Made by a program: the position numbers and the translations under genes. Positions 27,925-42,838 of a DNA stretch of 64,000 nucleotides are shown one piece after another (position 1 is the stretch's first letter; every line of letters starts with the position of its first letter). The notes beneath the pieces were generated by a model. It had not been told where the DNA came from and made no database searches. It saw only the letters and a list, made by a program, of their open reading frames with translations. This stretch comes from the human T2T-CHM13v2.0 reference genome, Homo sapiens, in assembly GCF_009914755.1 (NCBI RefSeq), contig NC_060947.1, one strand, 5' to 3'.

Positions 27925-29270
27925 TGGCTGGGAAACTATTTGCAAACCTCATACCTGACAAAAAACTAGTACCTAGTGCATATAAAGAATTCTTTAAACT
28001 CAGTGGTAGGATGAGCCACACAATCCAGTTAGAAGATGGATAAGCAGGTTTGGCATGGTGGCTCACGCCTGTAATCCCAGCACTTTGGGAGGCTGAGGCG
28101 GCTGGATCACCCGAGGTAAGGAGTTCAAGACCAGCCTGGCCAAGGTGGTGAAACCCCATCTCTACTAAAAATACAAAAAATTAGCCGGGTATAGTGGCAG
28201 GTGCCTGTAATCCCAGCTATTCAGGAGGCTGAGACAGGAGAATCGCTTGAACCTGGGAGGCAGAGGTTTCAGTGAGCCAAGATCGCGCCATTGCACTCCA
28301 GCCCAGGCAACAAGAGCAAAACTCCAACTCAAAAAAAAAAAAAAAAAAAAGAAAGAAAAAAGAAAATGGATAAGCAAAAATTGGAATTTTCACCGAAGAG
28401 GTTTTACAGATGGCAAATAAACAGATGAAAACACGTTTAATGTTATCAGGTACTACAGAAATGCAAGTTAAAATTACAGTGAAATATCACTACACACTTA
28501 TGAGACTGACCAAAAAAAAAAAAATTGTGACAACATTAAATGCTGAATGCTGGCAAAAATGTGGAAACTCAATCACCCATATATTTCTATAGGAATGCAA
28601 AGTGAAACAGCCACTCTAGAACACAGTTGAGCAATTTCTGCAAATAAATACATAAGCAACCACTATTGAACCCAGCACTTTTGGACATTGATTCCAGAAA
28701 AAATGGAAACTTATATCCACACAAAATCCCATACATAAATATTCCTAGCAGCTTTATTCATATAGTACCAAACTGAAAACTGCCAACTTGTCCTTCAGCA
28801 AATGAATTGTTAAGCAAATAATGGTGTATCCATACCATAAGATATCAGTTGGCAATTAAAAAGAAACAAACTATTGATATATGCGTCAGCTTGGATGAAT
28901 CTCAAGGGAATTCTACTAAAAGAATAAAGCCAATCCCAAAAAGTTATATATTGCTTGTTCCCAGTTATACTACATTTTTGAAATAAAAACGAAGTTTTAT
29001 CAATTAGGAACCGATGAGTGGTGGCTTGGGATAATGGAGAGGTTGAGAAAGGAAGGAAAGTACCAGTGGCTATGAAACGTTAAAAGCAGGGATTTTTGTC
29101 ATGGTCAATATCTGACTGTATCCACGGTCTGTATCTTGGAGGTGATACTATATTATAAATATGAAGATGCTATAACTGAAGGAAACTTGGTAAAAATGTA
29201 ATTAGATCTCTGTCTATTATCTCCTACATCACATGAGCATCTACAATTATCTCAGAATAAAAAAGAAACT
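27925..29270 (+). mobile_element. Old L1M (L1MC/MD-like) ORF2 end and 3' UTR, interrupted by an Alu
   Basis: CTGGGAAACTATTTGCAAACCTCATACCTGACAAA...GAAATGCAAGTTAAAATTACAGTGAAATATCACTACACAC...CATCTACAATTATCTCAGAATAAAAA. Confidence 0.85.
28047..28360 (+). mobile_element. AluS (Sq/Sp-like), full length
   Basis: GGCAACAAGAGCAAAACTCC diagnostic; 16-bp TSD AGAAGATGGATAAGCA (28031-28046) / AGAAAATGGATAAGCA (28361-28376). Confidence 0.95.
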
Positions 29271-29715
29271 TTAATTAAAAATTGAACACATGAGCAAACG
29301 AACAACATATAGCCACGCAACTGGCCATCTTCAGATAAGGAAACCAAACTTCAGAGCAACCTACATGAGAGACAGCCATCCACAAAAATACGGAAGGGTT
29401 TCCTAAATGGACAAGCAGAGTCCTTTTCTTCCTCTTTGGGATCCATGAAGGAGGAGCCATGAAGGAGGAGCAGAAGGGACCAAACCCTCAAAAGATGTCA
29501 TTAATGCCTTCAATTTGGTGAAAGAAAATTAGCCTTGGAATTATAGTAGCCTTGGATGCCAGAAGGATTTTCCTTTAGAGAAAATTCTCTGTTATAAATA
29601 AGACTAGGGTTTCTAATGAGTCTCTGAAATAATTTCTATGTTAAACTATACATTCTTTCTCTCTTAATCAGTCATCATAATGAATATCACTACACATATT
29701 ACTCATGATTACCTA

Positions 29716-30102
29716 CTTAATAGTTTACTTGGGCTGCCATAACAGAGGATCACAGGCTAGGTAGCTTAAACAACAGATGTTATTCTCTCACAATCCTGGA
29801 GGCTGGAAGTCCAAGATCAAGGTGTCCACAGAGCTGGTTCCTACTGCGGACTCTTTCCTTGGTTTGTAGATGTCATCTTTTCCCTGCGTCCTCATGTGGT
29901 TATCCCTTTGAGTGTGTCTGTGTCCGGATCTCCTCATCTCATAAGGACCCTAGTCCTATTGGATTAGGCCCATCAAAATGACTTCATTTTACCTCAATTA
30001 TCTCATAAAGACCCCGTTACCAAATACAGTCACATTCTGAGATAATGGAAGTTAGGACTTCAAGATATAAATTTGGGGTAAAATGAAATCCAACTCATAA
30101 CA
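29716..30102 (-). mobile_element. MLT1B-like MaLR solo LTR
   Basis: GGGCTGCCATAACA...GCTTAAACAACAGA...GGAGGCTGGAAGTCCAAGATCAAGGTGTC...CCAAATACAGTCACATTCTGAG...CATAACA. Confidence 0.9.
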
Positions 30103-30128
30103 TTCCCTAATGTCTTTCATGACTGATA

Positions 30129-30153
30129 TTCTTTTCTTTCTTTCTTTCTTTTT

Positions 30154-30193
<40 letters not shown>

Positions 30194-30227
30194 TATTTCT
30201 TTCTTTCTTTCTTTCTTCTTTTTTTTT
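30129..30227. repeat. (TTTC)n microsatellite
   Basis: Direct reading. Confidence 0.93.
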
Positions 30228-30499
30228 ATGTTACATTTAAGGCAGGGGCTTTCTTAGACTTCAAAGAAAACATTGCCACAGTCATTTCCCAAAGACACAA
30301 ACGAACAAACAAACAAAAGGGACTGTGTTGAACATAAGGTGTTAGTTTTATCATGGCTATACATATGACACAAAAATATGAGAATTTTGAAGTTAATAAT
30401 ATATTTCAACATAAATGTGAATTATTACTTACTCTATGTTTTCCGCTATTTATTGCCAGACAGCTGGAAGTTTGTGTTCCAAAAACTAGTGTGGGAGCT

Positions 30500-32985
<2,486 letters not shown>

Positions 32986-33494
32986 CCTTGTTGTTACTAA
33001 AGGCACTGAATAGGCATTTACTACAATTTATTTCATGTATGTATTCTTGGGGAATTGCGGTAGATAGAAGAATTTTTAACGTTGGAATTTTTCATCTCTT
33101 TCTCTAGAAAATCAAATGCAAAGATGATATTCTGGTCAGGTGGAGGGTTTTGGTTTGTTTGTTTAACATTTATATTATTGCCTTTTGGACTTGGTTCCAC
33201 TTAATGCTGCTCAACTAAATTGCTGTTTATGGGGAAAGCATGACTCTGAATATTAATGAAAGAACTTCATCTTTAAAAAAGAAAGTATCTAGTTGAACCA
33301 GGAAGATGCACAAGAAAACATGACCTCTGGATAAAATGCTTGATTATTAAGTTGAAGAAATAGATTTATCAGTTATCTATTTTCAGGAATACCGTAACAG
33401 TCAGTTTGAAATGTTGATACAAGTGTAATAAAATTGGACATATGTGTCTTATTTAAACTTGTGAATGTTGTCAGAATAAAAGTGGGGTGATTTG

Positions 33495-33893
33495 TGTTAA
33501 AGATCCTGGGAAACGGAGCTGAGGCAGGCCATGAAGAGGGGGAAGGGTGACACACAATTCCCTAATAACAAGAACTATCATAAGACTGCAAAATCCACAA
33601 GCTTGCACGAAGACCCCTGCAAACTTAAAGTACTTCTGCAAGGACATCTGCCCAGCAACTGCCTGTGCAACTCCAATTGACATTATACTTGTTATTGATC
33701 CTTATAGACAAAGATAATTATGTCAACAATTATGCATCCTCCTCAACTTTTCCTTCAAAAATCTTTGTCTTTCTTTACCTTCCTGAATATGCGCATACTT
33801 TACTGTGGTGTTCATATGCCCATTGCAATGTCCATTCCCAAATAAATATCGTTTTCTTGCAGTGAGTCGCTCTGTCTGCTATTTCTATTGACA
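33495..33893 (+). mobile_element. ERV1-class solo LTR (LTR37-like, family uncertain)
   Basis: TGTTAA...TTGACA termini; TACTTCTGCAAGGACATCTGCCCAGCAACTGCCTGT; CCCATTGCAATG...CCCAAATAAA polyA signal near the 3' end. Confidence 0.78.
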
Positions 33894-34061
33894 AACTTTT
33901 ACCTTACTATGATGCAAATATAAAAATACTATCGTTGTATTTTAGAATCATTTATTCTAAATTCCAAAGTGATGTAAAAACAGGCATATGATGCCAGGAA
34001 GGACAAGAACGCCCTCCTAACTTTACTTGGAATAGACACCCAAGATCTATTCTTCAGCAAT

Positions 34062-34067
34062 TGTGTG

Positions 34068-34119
<52 letters not shown>

Positions 34120-34206
34120 TACATATATACATATATATGTGTGTGTATATATATATACACATGTGTATATATATATACACATGTGTATATATATATATAT
34201 ATATAA
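34062..34206. repeat. (TA)n/(CA)n alternating purine-pyrimidine microsatellite
   Basis: Long TA run plus repeated TATATATACACATGTGTATATATA palindromes. Confidence 0.95.
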
Positions 34207-34317
34207 AATATCAGTGCTTATTAAGGACTTGGTGGTTATAGCCAGATACATAGGCTTTGATTTGTGTCTTTAAGGTACAAATTTTAGCTATTTTAGCATT
34301 TCAGGTGCCTTCAGCAG

Positions 34318-34695
34318 TGCTATGGGTTGAATTGTGCCACCCTCAAATTAACGGGTTGAAGCCTAATTGCCAACAGGATGGTATATAGCGATGGCACATT
34401 TGGGAGGTAATTTAGTTTAGGTAAATTCACGAGGGTAGAGTCCTCTTGATGGAATTCATGGCCTTATACGAAGAAGAGACACCAGAGCTATCATTCTCTT
34501 TTTCTCTGTGCCACATAAAGACACAGTGAGACGGTGGCTATCTGCCAGCCAGGAAGAGAGCCCTCACTAGAAATCAAATCTGCCAGCACCTTCATCCCAG
34601 ACTTCCAGCCTGCAGAACTCTGATAAGGTACATTTCTGTGGTTCAGCCACACAATCCATAGTATTTTGTGATATCAGCCCCAGCAGACTAATACA
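34318..34695 (+). mobile_element. MLT1A-like MaLR solo LTR
   Basis: TGCTATGGGTTGAATTGTG...AAGAGACACCAGAG...GCCAGGAAGAGAGCCCTCAC...GACTTCCAGCC...GACTAATACA. Confidence 0.9.
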
Positions 34696-36572
34696 ATAGA
34701 GCCTCAAGACCCTGATTTGTGGTAAAGCTCAGGGGAGATTGTTTTGGTAGCAAGAAGGTTATCAGTCCATGATGTCAATATGGAAGAAACAAAGGGAAGA
34801 AACACTAATACGTGACCAGATATTAATGCATGTATCCATAACTAGTTGCCTTTGCCTTGAATGATATCACCAGTTTTGTTTGGGACAAAACAAAAACAAA
34901 AAATGTTTCAATGCAAGACCACCTCTTCTTTGAACCTCTCTAGTGTCTCCAGGTCTTAGGTTCATGGGCTCTATATTCTATTGCATGTTGTTCACCCTTC
35001 TCCTAAGTATGAAATATAGATGATGCATATCAATTATGTATTTGTTCAACTACAAGAATTTGAAATATCTGACCACAATGATTACATTTTTCAATTACAT
35101 TTTCCTGGCATCTACCACAATCTTTACACATAGCAGAATGGCAATGATATTTGTGAAATAAATGATAGAGTGAACCAAATATCAGGATACAACAAGGGAT
35201 GCCAGCCCAGCGACCATGATAAAGAGAATAAAATATGTCCATAAAAATGGTAAATGATATTATTTAAAAGTATTATTATTTTAAAAAGAAGCATAAGGTA
35301 AAGCAAGCACAGGGGACAGTTTGAAGTAATCTAAGTAAGAATGTGAATAAGAATGCATGTCCTGCTTTCAGCATTCCTCTCTTGCAAGTACACGCTCCAT
35401 GCCTCATTTTGTAGCACGTTGGCTCCCTTCTGTATCAAAGATGGTAAAATTTACAACTGCCTAATTGTCCTTGAAATCATACCATCTTTTTCTCCTCAGA
35501 AAGAGGACATGAGTTTTCATAGAAAAAGCAAGTGTATGAGAAAAATCATATTAGATTTCTCATCAATTTAATTTACTTTCGAAAGTTATCTTTGCCTTTT
35601 AATTTCTAATTAGATTGCTTTTCCTCCACCACAGGCATTATGTAAATAAAATGTTTTCTTTTGCATTTGGCTTCAGGATTAATTGTGACTGGATACATTT
35701 CACATTTCATGGGCAAAGACACAAGGTACAATGACCATTGACAGCTTGAATCAATAGCTAATTACTAGCAGAGTATTAGAGACATTTAGCAAAGGCAAAA
35801 TTCTTGAATGCTGCTTTCCAAGGAAATTCCGAGTTTAGTCTCAGTATCACCTTCAGCATTCATCTTGTCAATCATTTACATTATACCATTTATAGAAAAC
35901 TTCCCCCTGAAAATAAATTACCTATTTTCCTACTGGTCAGCAATTTGAAAATGACCACTTACCATGTTTTGCATTAGGATTTAATTTATCAACAGTACCC
36001 GGCAGTGGAATAATGAGTAAAAACATTGAAAAGGAGTTTAGTGACTGACTGATTATGAGAAAGGAGGGGAGGATAGAAAATGACTTTACACCTGGCCTTT
36101 GGTGTTACACTTTTGCCAAGAAGTCATCTTTTAAGATATGGTCATTTCCGTCTAGTCTTCAAAAATACGGCTGTGCTGGCCAGTGCAGTGTGTTATTTTC
36201 TGGCCACTTTAGATTAAACTTATCCCCTACCATTTTCCGTATGCTCTCAACACATGGGTCCATTCCGAAGCTCTTATGCCATGCTGATCCAATCTGACGT
36301 GATTATGAATCCCTCTGCCTAGATACAGCATATTCTATTATTTTATTGCCAAAAGAAATGCTTCTCCAGGAAACTCTAAGATCTTGGAATATTCCACTAT
36401 TTGTATCTGGGAATGAGGGCAGAAAGAATTGATCTGCTTCAGAGGGCCAACAGCAAGACCCCTACCCAGTGAAATCAGCATTTCCGCTTCCTTTCCAGAC
36501 TGTTCTAATTCACCTTTCCTCACGCAATCCTTGGAATCTTTACTCTGTGCACAGTGGAAAAGCATTCTTTTT

Positions 36573-37091
36573 AAAAAAAAAAAAAAAGAAGTTTTAAGTT
36601 CAAGAGTACATGTGCAAGTTTGTTTATAGGTAAATTTATGTCATGGGGGTTTGTTGTACAGATTATTTCATCACCCAGGTACTAAGCCTAGTATTCATTA
36701 ATTATTTTTCCTAATCCTCTCCCTCCTCCACCCTCCACCATCAAGTAGGCCTCAGTGTGTGTTGTTCCCCTCTATGTGTCCATGTGTTCTCATCATTTAG
36801 CTCCCACATATAAGTGAGAACATGCCGTATTTCGTTTTATGTTCCTGCATTAGTTTGCTAAGGATAATGGCCTCTAGCTCCATCCATGTCCCTGCAAAGG
36901 ATATGATCTCATTATTTTTAACAGCTGCATAGTATTTCATGGTGTATATATACCACATTTTCTTTCTCCAGTCTATCACTGATGGACATTTAGGTTGGTT
37001 GTGTTTCTTTGCCATTGTGAATAGCGCTGCGGTGAATATGTGCCTATGTGTGTCTTTATGGTAGAATGATGTATACCATCTCACCCCAGTC
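36573..37091 (-). mobile_element. L1PA13-16-like 3' fragment with short 5' inversion
   Basis: Antisense L1 3' UTR and ORF2 C-terminus (FTAALFTMAKKHNQPKCPS...MFSLI); sense L1 piece TACCATCTCACCCCAGTCAG at ~37074-37093; TSD AGCATTCTTTTT / AGCATTCATTTT. Confidence 0.92.
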
Positions 37092-38954
37092 AGCATTCAT
37101 TTTATGACCTGTATTCTTTCAATTCATTCAGCTGTTCTGGGAGGCTGAAACTCAATAGCCATTAATTGACTTCTTTGTACTTTGTATTCTGTGGATTGCC
37201 CCTCCTTAAATTCTGAGAATATGCATGGACTTAGGGGACTGATTGGAGAAGGACAAATCACATCAGGAAATGCACCTGAAAAAATAAAAGAAGAAATCGC
37301 CATGGTCATTTCTTGAAAATTATATTTTGTCCCATCAGACTTTCTCTAAAAGGCACTTTGATGAATCCTACCTTCATTTGCATGGTTTTCAGAGCAGACA
37401 GATTCTTCTTTATTATCTTTCTTTTACTCTCCTTGAAGTCCATTTCAAGTCATATCATCTCCAAAAGGTTTATCTGAAGAATTTCATTGTTTTCTGAGTA
37501 CTCCACATTTTGAATTAATCCAATTTTATAATCTGCACTCATTGTATCACCACTACTGTACGGACATCAACCTCATGTCATCCAAACAGACTTATGTGAA
37601 CCCCTGCTCCTTGCCCCCCAACCCACATGGTTATTCCAGTAACTGCTTTGTTATTACAGCCTTAGAGTCCCTCTGGCCATTCCTGTTAGCCCCAGGATGG
37701 GCACTTAATTTGAGTTGCATTTTTCTGTCCCTTTGATCTGAGTCATGAGCTAATTGGTTTCTCCTCTTCTGTAAATTAGAAGCAGTTCTGGACATGATTT
37801 CTTTTCTTCAGCAGTGTGAGAGTGAGAGAAATAGAGTGTCCTTTCTTGGGTGCTCTCTCTTAGATCAAGTATTTTCAAGAGAGACCAGATATAGGGAAAG
37901 CCTTTTCCTAAATCTTTACATTCTCCCCAGCCTTCTGGTCAACTTTATTAATCAATATGTTTTAGAAATCCTTAAATCTTTGAATCACAATGGTAAGCAC
38001 TATAGATCTTTATCGATCTACTTAGGTGTCAGTGGCATTTTTAAAATAGTATAAATAGGTCTTCTAATTACAATTCCTTGACTAACAATTTGAATTAGAA
38101 GTCTATCAAATAGTAGTTTGCAATAATTATCTGATGTGGACATTTCTTGGGCATATAAATCTGAGCCAATTGGATCTGTCATCTCTGACAGATGATTTTT
38201 CTCAAATTTGCTAAAATGCTAAAAATAATGTATGTCGTCTGTAATATCCTATTGTGAATGCACACATATGTAACTTAAAGATGTATATTCACATGAATGA
38301 GTTATTAGCAATGTGGTGAATATTAAGGAATCAATATTCTTAACCATGCCCTTCATGGTTAAAAATTAACTTGGTTACCAAGTTAACTCTAAAAATAAAA
38401 TAATCTCTTTGGAAAGGATCATCCAAAAAATATTAATACTCTAGTCTATGTATATGCTAGTGTCTGAGTAAAAGGACAATGAATCACTAACATTTGAAAT
38501 ATAATCTCAGTATCTGTGATGTTGTAGTTGCAATCATTTTACAGAAATAAAAAGTTTAAATGTTTTTACTTACCTATAGTACAATTTATATTTTGTCTTC
38601 TTATATCCAGCAGTTTTAATTTTTAAAAATCTTCTCAAACATCAGTTTTCCAAACTTCTAATACAATATAAATCAGTTATAAATATTTCATAAAATAGAT
38701 TTATATTTATATAGCATTTTGAATTTTGAAAAGAAACATAAATGTCAGCCATGAGTGAGAAATTCCTTAAGAATGCAGGGGATCTTAAATCAGTTTTTAA
38801 AAAGAATTCGAAGTCATATTTTGATACGAAATCAGCTCTTCTAGATAAAGAGAAACGACATTATGTCCAAAGAAAACATGGTCACGATAACGTAATTTTT
38901 TTCTTTTTGTCACTAAGGTTTGTTCAAAGCCTCATTTGATACACTAATTATTAA

Positions 38955-39545
38955 GTATACATTTTTTACTGCTGTTTAACAAATCACTACAAATCCAGGC
39001 CCTTAAAACAATACTCAGTCATTAGCTCACAATCCTGCAGGTCCGAAATTTGGACAATGCATATCAGGGTCCTCTGCCCAAGGTCTTACACAGCTGAAAT
39101 TAAGGCATTGCCCCATCTTTTTCTTGAGTTCAGTGGTGGTGGCGGAATCTAGTTCCTACGGTTGTAGAACTGAGGTCTCCATTTCCTTTATGTCTTTTAA
39201 CAAGGGGCGGGGCTCGTCTCCTTGGTGTCTGCTCCTTGTCAAATACAGATGTCCATTTTCAAAGCCAGCAGCAAAGACTCTCTCTCCTGTAAAATCTTTT
39301 TCATGCTTTGAATCTGTCTTTCGAGGAATAAAGCTGTACTTTTGAAAGTCTAACATGACTAGATCAAGCCCACTGAGGGTAATCTTTCTCTCTTAAGGTC
39401 AACTGTGCCTTGTAGCATAAACTAATCACTGGGCTAGTTATTTTGCTTTCATCATCTCATTGTCAGGCCCATCCTACACTGAAGGGGAGGGAATTATACA
39501 AAGATGTAGGGCACTGGGGATTGCCTTGCAGCTCTTTGTACCATA
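38955..39545 (-). mobile_element. MLT1E/F-like MaLR LTR, degraded
   Basis: TGCTGTTTAACAAATCACTACAAA...CTTAAAACAA...TTAGCTCACAAT...GTTGTAGAACTGAGGTC...CACTGAAGGGGAGGGAATTATACA. Confidence 0.75.
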
Positions 39546-39683
39546 AGATACCAATTTTCCTGATCATATAGTATCAATCAATAAATCTAATGAGAATTAA
39601 ACCTTGAGTTGAAATAGCACAGTCGTGGGGAAGACAGAGCAGTTAAAATAAGACCATACTCTCGAGAACACAAAGAGGTATGG

Positions 39684-39798
39684 TAAGTCCATGCTCTTTG
39701 CCTCAGTTGAAGGAGCCAGAATATGCATCCCAACTATAGGCAAGGCCACTGAGATGCATATTCTGGCTCCTTCAACTGAGGCAATAAGCATGGACTTA
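39684..39798. repeat. Inverted repeat: 49-bp arms (46/49 complementary), 17-nt loop
   Basis: Left arm TAAGTCCATGCTCTTTGCCTCAGTTGAAGGAGCCAGAATATGCATCCCA (39684-39732); right arm TGAGATGCATATTCTGGCTCCTTCAACTGAGGCAATAAGCATGGACTTA (39750-39798). Confidence 0.96.
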
Positions 39799-40502
39799 AT
39801 ATCATATTGCTTCCTTTAAACAAGCATCTGTGGATGAAGAAACTCAACGGTCAAATTTTCCTGCATGTGTTTTGCCATTTAGAATTCAGTGATGCTAGTT
39901 CATGCTTATGCAGACAGAGCACCCAGCCTTGAGAATACACTATTCAGATATTCTGGGTAGGTGATGAGACTAAGAGAAAGTTGGTGCAAGCACTTCATTC
40001 AACTTTATTTTTGCCCTTTCCTTTTAGAAAACACATGTCGTTTCCTTTTGTAAAACCACAGTATTCTGGATTTCAATTTGATTGCTCAATGTGGTATATT
40101 AAGAAAAGCACATTTGGAGACAATCTGAAAACATCAACAAAGAAAGGTGTTGGTGGGATTTACTATCTAATGTATTACCCAAAGTGTGACTTCGGGCCAT
40201 GATAGCCAGGGCTCTGAGAAGCCACTGCATTCTATATCATGCCCCATCTAGCAGCATTTGGCAGAAGTGAAGTAAGTATTAACAAAAGAAGTCGCTTCAC
40301 CATGGACAGGTAAGTTGCAGACATTACTAGTATTAAACAATTTCCCTTGGATATCTGGACACATGTGTTGGAATGAAACATGCTTATGCATATAGAATTT
40401 ACCCAGCTTCTTTTTCCTTGTTTGTCTTTTAGTAACTCAAGTGCAATGAACTGGAATAATGACAGTTCACTAGCATCATTTGTTCATGTTTGCTTTTCTT
40501 TT

Positions 40503-40975
40503 ATCCATTCATTCATCTGTCCATTTATTTACCTACCTCATAAAGACATCCATCCATCCATCCATCCATCCATCCATCCATCCATTAACCCACCCAAACA
40601 TCCATTCATCTATACACGCATCCATAAGACCATCCACGCATCCGTGCATCAACTCATCCATCCATCTGCCAATCTATCCACTCATCTATTCATGCATCCA
40701 TTAGCTCATCCACACATCCATTCATACACTCATCCATTCATCCATCCATCTGTGCATCCATCCATCCATCCATCCATCTGTCCATCCATCCATCCATCTA
40801 TCATTCATCTATCCATCCATCCATCCATTAGCTCATCCACACATTCATCCATCTATCCATCTATGCATCCATTCATCCATCCTTCCATACATCCATCTTC
40901 CATCCATTCATCCATCCATCCATCTATCCATTCATCTGTCCATCCATTAGCCCATCCACATATTCATCTATCCAT
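40503..40975. repeat. (CATC)n degenerate tetranucleotide tract
   Basis: Direct reading; source of the 235-aa H/P/S/I ORF. Confidence 0.94.
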
Positions 40976-41210
40976 TTCCCCAATTATTTTTTCATTCATT
41001 TTAAAAAGCACTTATGAACTCATAAGCCAACCCAAGAATAAGAACATTAGCAATAAATTTGATCAGCCGATGTGCTATTTCCTTTAACTATCTGCCTACC
41101 TCTGCAATCGAGGTGATCAATATTTCAAATTTTAACTTAAAAAATCATTTTAAAAATAAACTGTTATAATATTATATAATGCCATATATACCATTGTTGG
41201 TATTACTTGG

Positions 41211-41628
41211 TGATATGGTTTAGATGTTGTGTCCCGTCCAAATCTCATGTTGAACTGTAATCCGCAGTGTTGGAGGAGAGGTTTGGTGGGAAGTGTATGG
41301 GTCTTAGAGGCGGATCCCTCATGGATGGCTTGGTGCCTCCTCGAGGTAATGAGTTCTTGCTCTGAATTCATGTGAGATCTGGTTGTTTAAAAGCGTCTGG
41401 CACCTCCCTCCTCTCTGTGTCTCCCCCTCTCAGCATGTGACATGCCTGCTCCCACTTCACCATCTGCCATGAGTAAAAGCTTTCTGAGGTCCTCTCCAGA
41501 AGCTGGGCAGATGCCAGTGTCACACTTCCTGTATAGCCTGCAGAACCATGAGCCAATTAAATCTCTTTTCTCTATAAATCACACAGTCTCAGATATCCCT
41601 TTATAGCAATGCAAAATGGTTTAATACA
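41211..41628 (+). mobile_element. MSTB MaLR solo LTR
   Basis: TGATATGGTTTAGATG...CCAAATCTCATGTTGAACTGTAATCC...TAATACA; perfect TSD CTTGG (41206-41210 / 41629-41633). Confidence 0.94.
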
Positions 41629-42527
41629 CTTGGCATTGTTCGTGCTAAACATTTAAAACAATGGCATCATGGGTTAGAGAGGCTTCTGAGGCTTCTTTCT
41701 AAACTAGATAAGATGTTATTGAGCTCCATCCATGCGGCTATGTGTAGCTATAGTTGATTCACTTTTCTACTGTATCATATTAAATATTTTATTATTTCCA
41801 TATCACTATATATGCAATTTAACAGGAATTTAATTATATTTCATTGTATGCAAAGTACAACAAATTCTTGCTACTGTGTGTGTAGTACTATTTTTACCAA
41901 ATGTTTGAATCTCCACACGCTACCTGAGAAATCAGCTTTTTTCTCTGAGGGTAATGAAGATTTGATCTATCTAATACTGTTAGGATAGCTGCTGTTGAGT
42001 TGTGGTGATTCATAGGAGGCTGAATCCAAAGAAGACCAATAAGCCAGTAAAATAACACCATTACAACAGGTTTAAAAAAATCCCTAAAGTCTGAAAATGC
42101 AGTGGTAATTCCAGGCAACATTATATTAACTGAAATCAAAAAAGTTCTTAAAGACAGTTATCCATGATTGATGATTCTCTATTTTATATTTGGTTAGTGT
42201 GGGGAGAAAATATACACATATTACAGAATCAAGTTTTTGTTCTTTATAATGTTAACAATAATTCCCCAAACATATTTTCCTTGTACTTAACAAAATTATT
42301 GACATTATGGACTTTCATTATGCCTCTTGGCACAATACAAATCACCATAATACTAAGAATGGATTTTTCCCTGAAAAATGTTTTCTTGTTATTTTTCTAG
42401 AAAAGAAAAATTTATACATGTTTCAGCTTAAAATATCAATGTCCAAATACATTAAATATTCTTCTAAAGAAAAACATGGTCTAATTTTCATGCTATGGTT
42501 AATTTTGAGATATAAATAGTCTGCAAT

Positions 42528-42838
42528 GTATCCATCTACCCACCATCCATCCATCCATTCATCTATCCATCCATTAGCCAATCCACACATCCACACATCC
42601 ATGCATCCATCGATCCATATATCCATCCATCCATTCATCTATCCATCCATCCATCTGTCTATCCATCCATCCATCCATTGATCCATCCATCCATTCATCT
42701 ATCCATCCATCCATTAGCTCATCCACATATCTATCCATCTATCTATTAGCCCAGCCACACATCCATCCATCAATCCCCTGATCCATCCACCCATCCATTC
42801 ATCTATCCATCCATCCATTAGCTTATCCATACATCCAT
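42528..42838. repeat. (CATC)n degenerate tetranucleotide tract
   Basis: Direct reading. Confidence 0.94.

Noticed and set aside
40240-40258. CTCF-like motif GCCCCATCTAGCAG
   Set aside because: Several mismatches at core positions; not supportable without ChIP data.
40380-41087. 235-aa His/Pro/Ser/Ile ORF
   Set aside because: Translation of the (CATC)n repeat; no domain.
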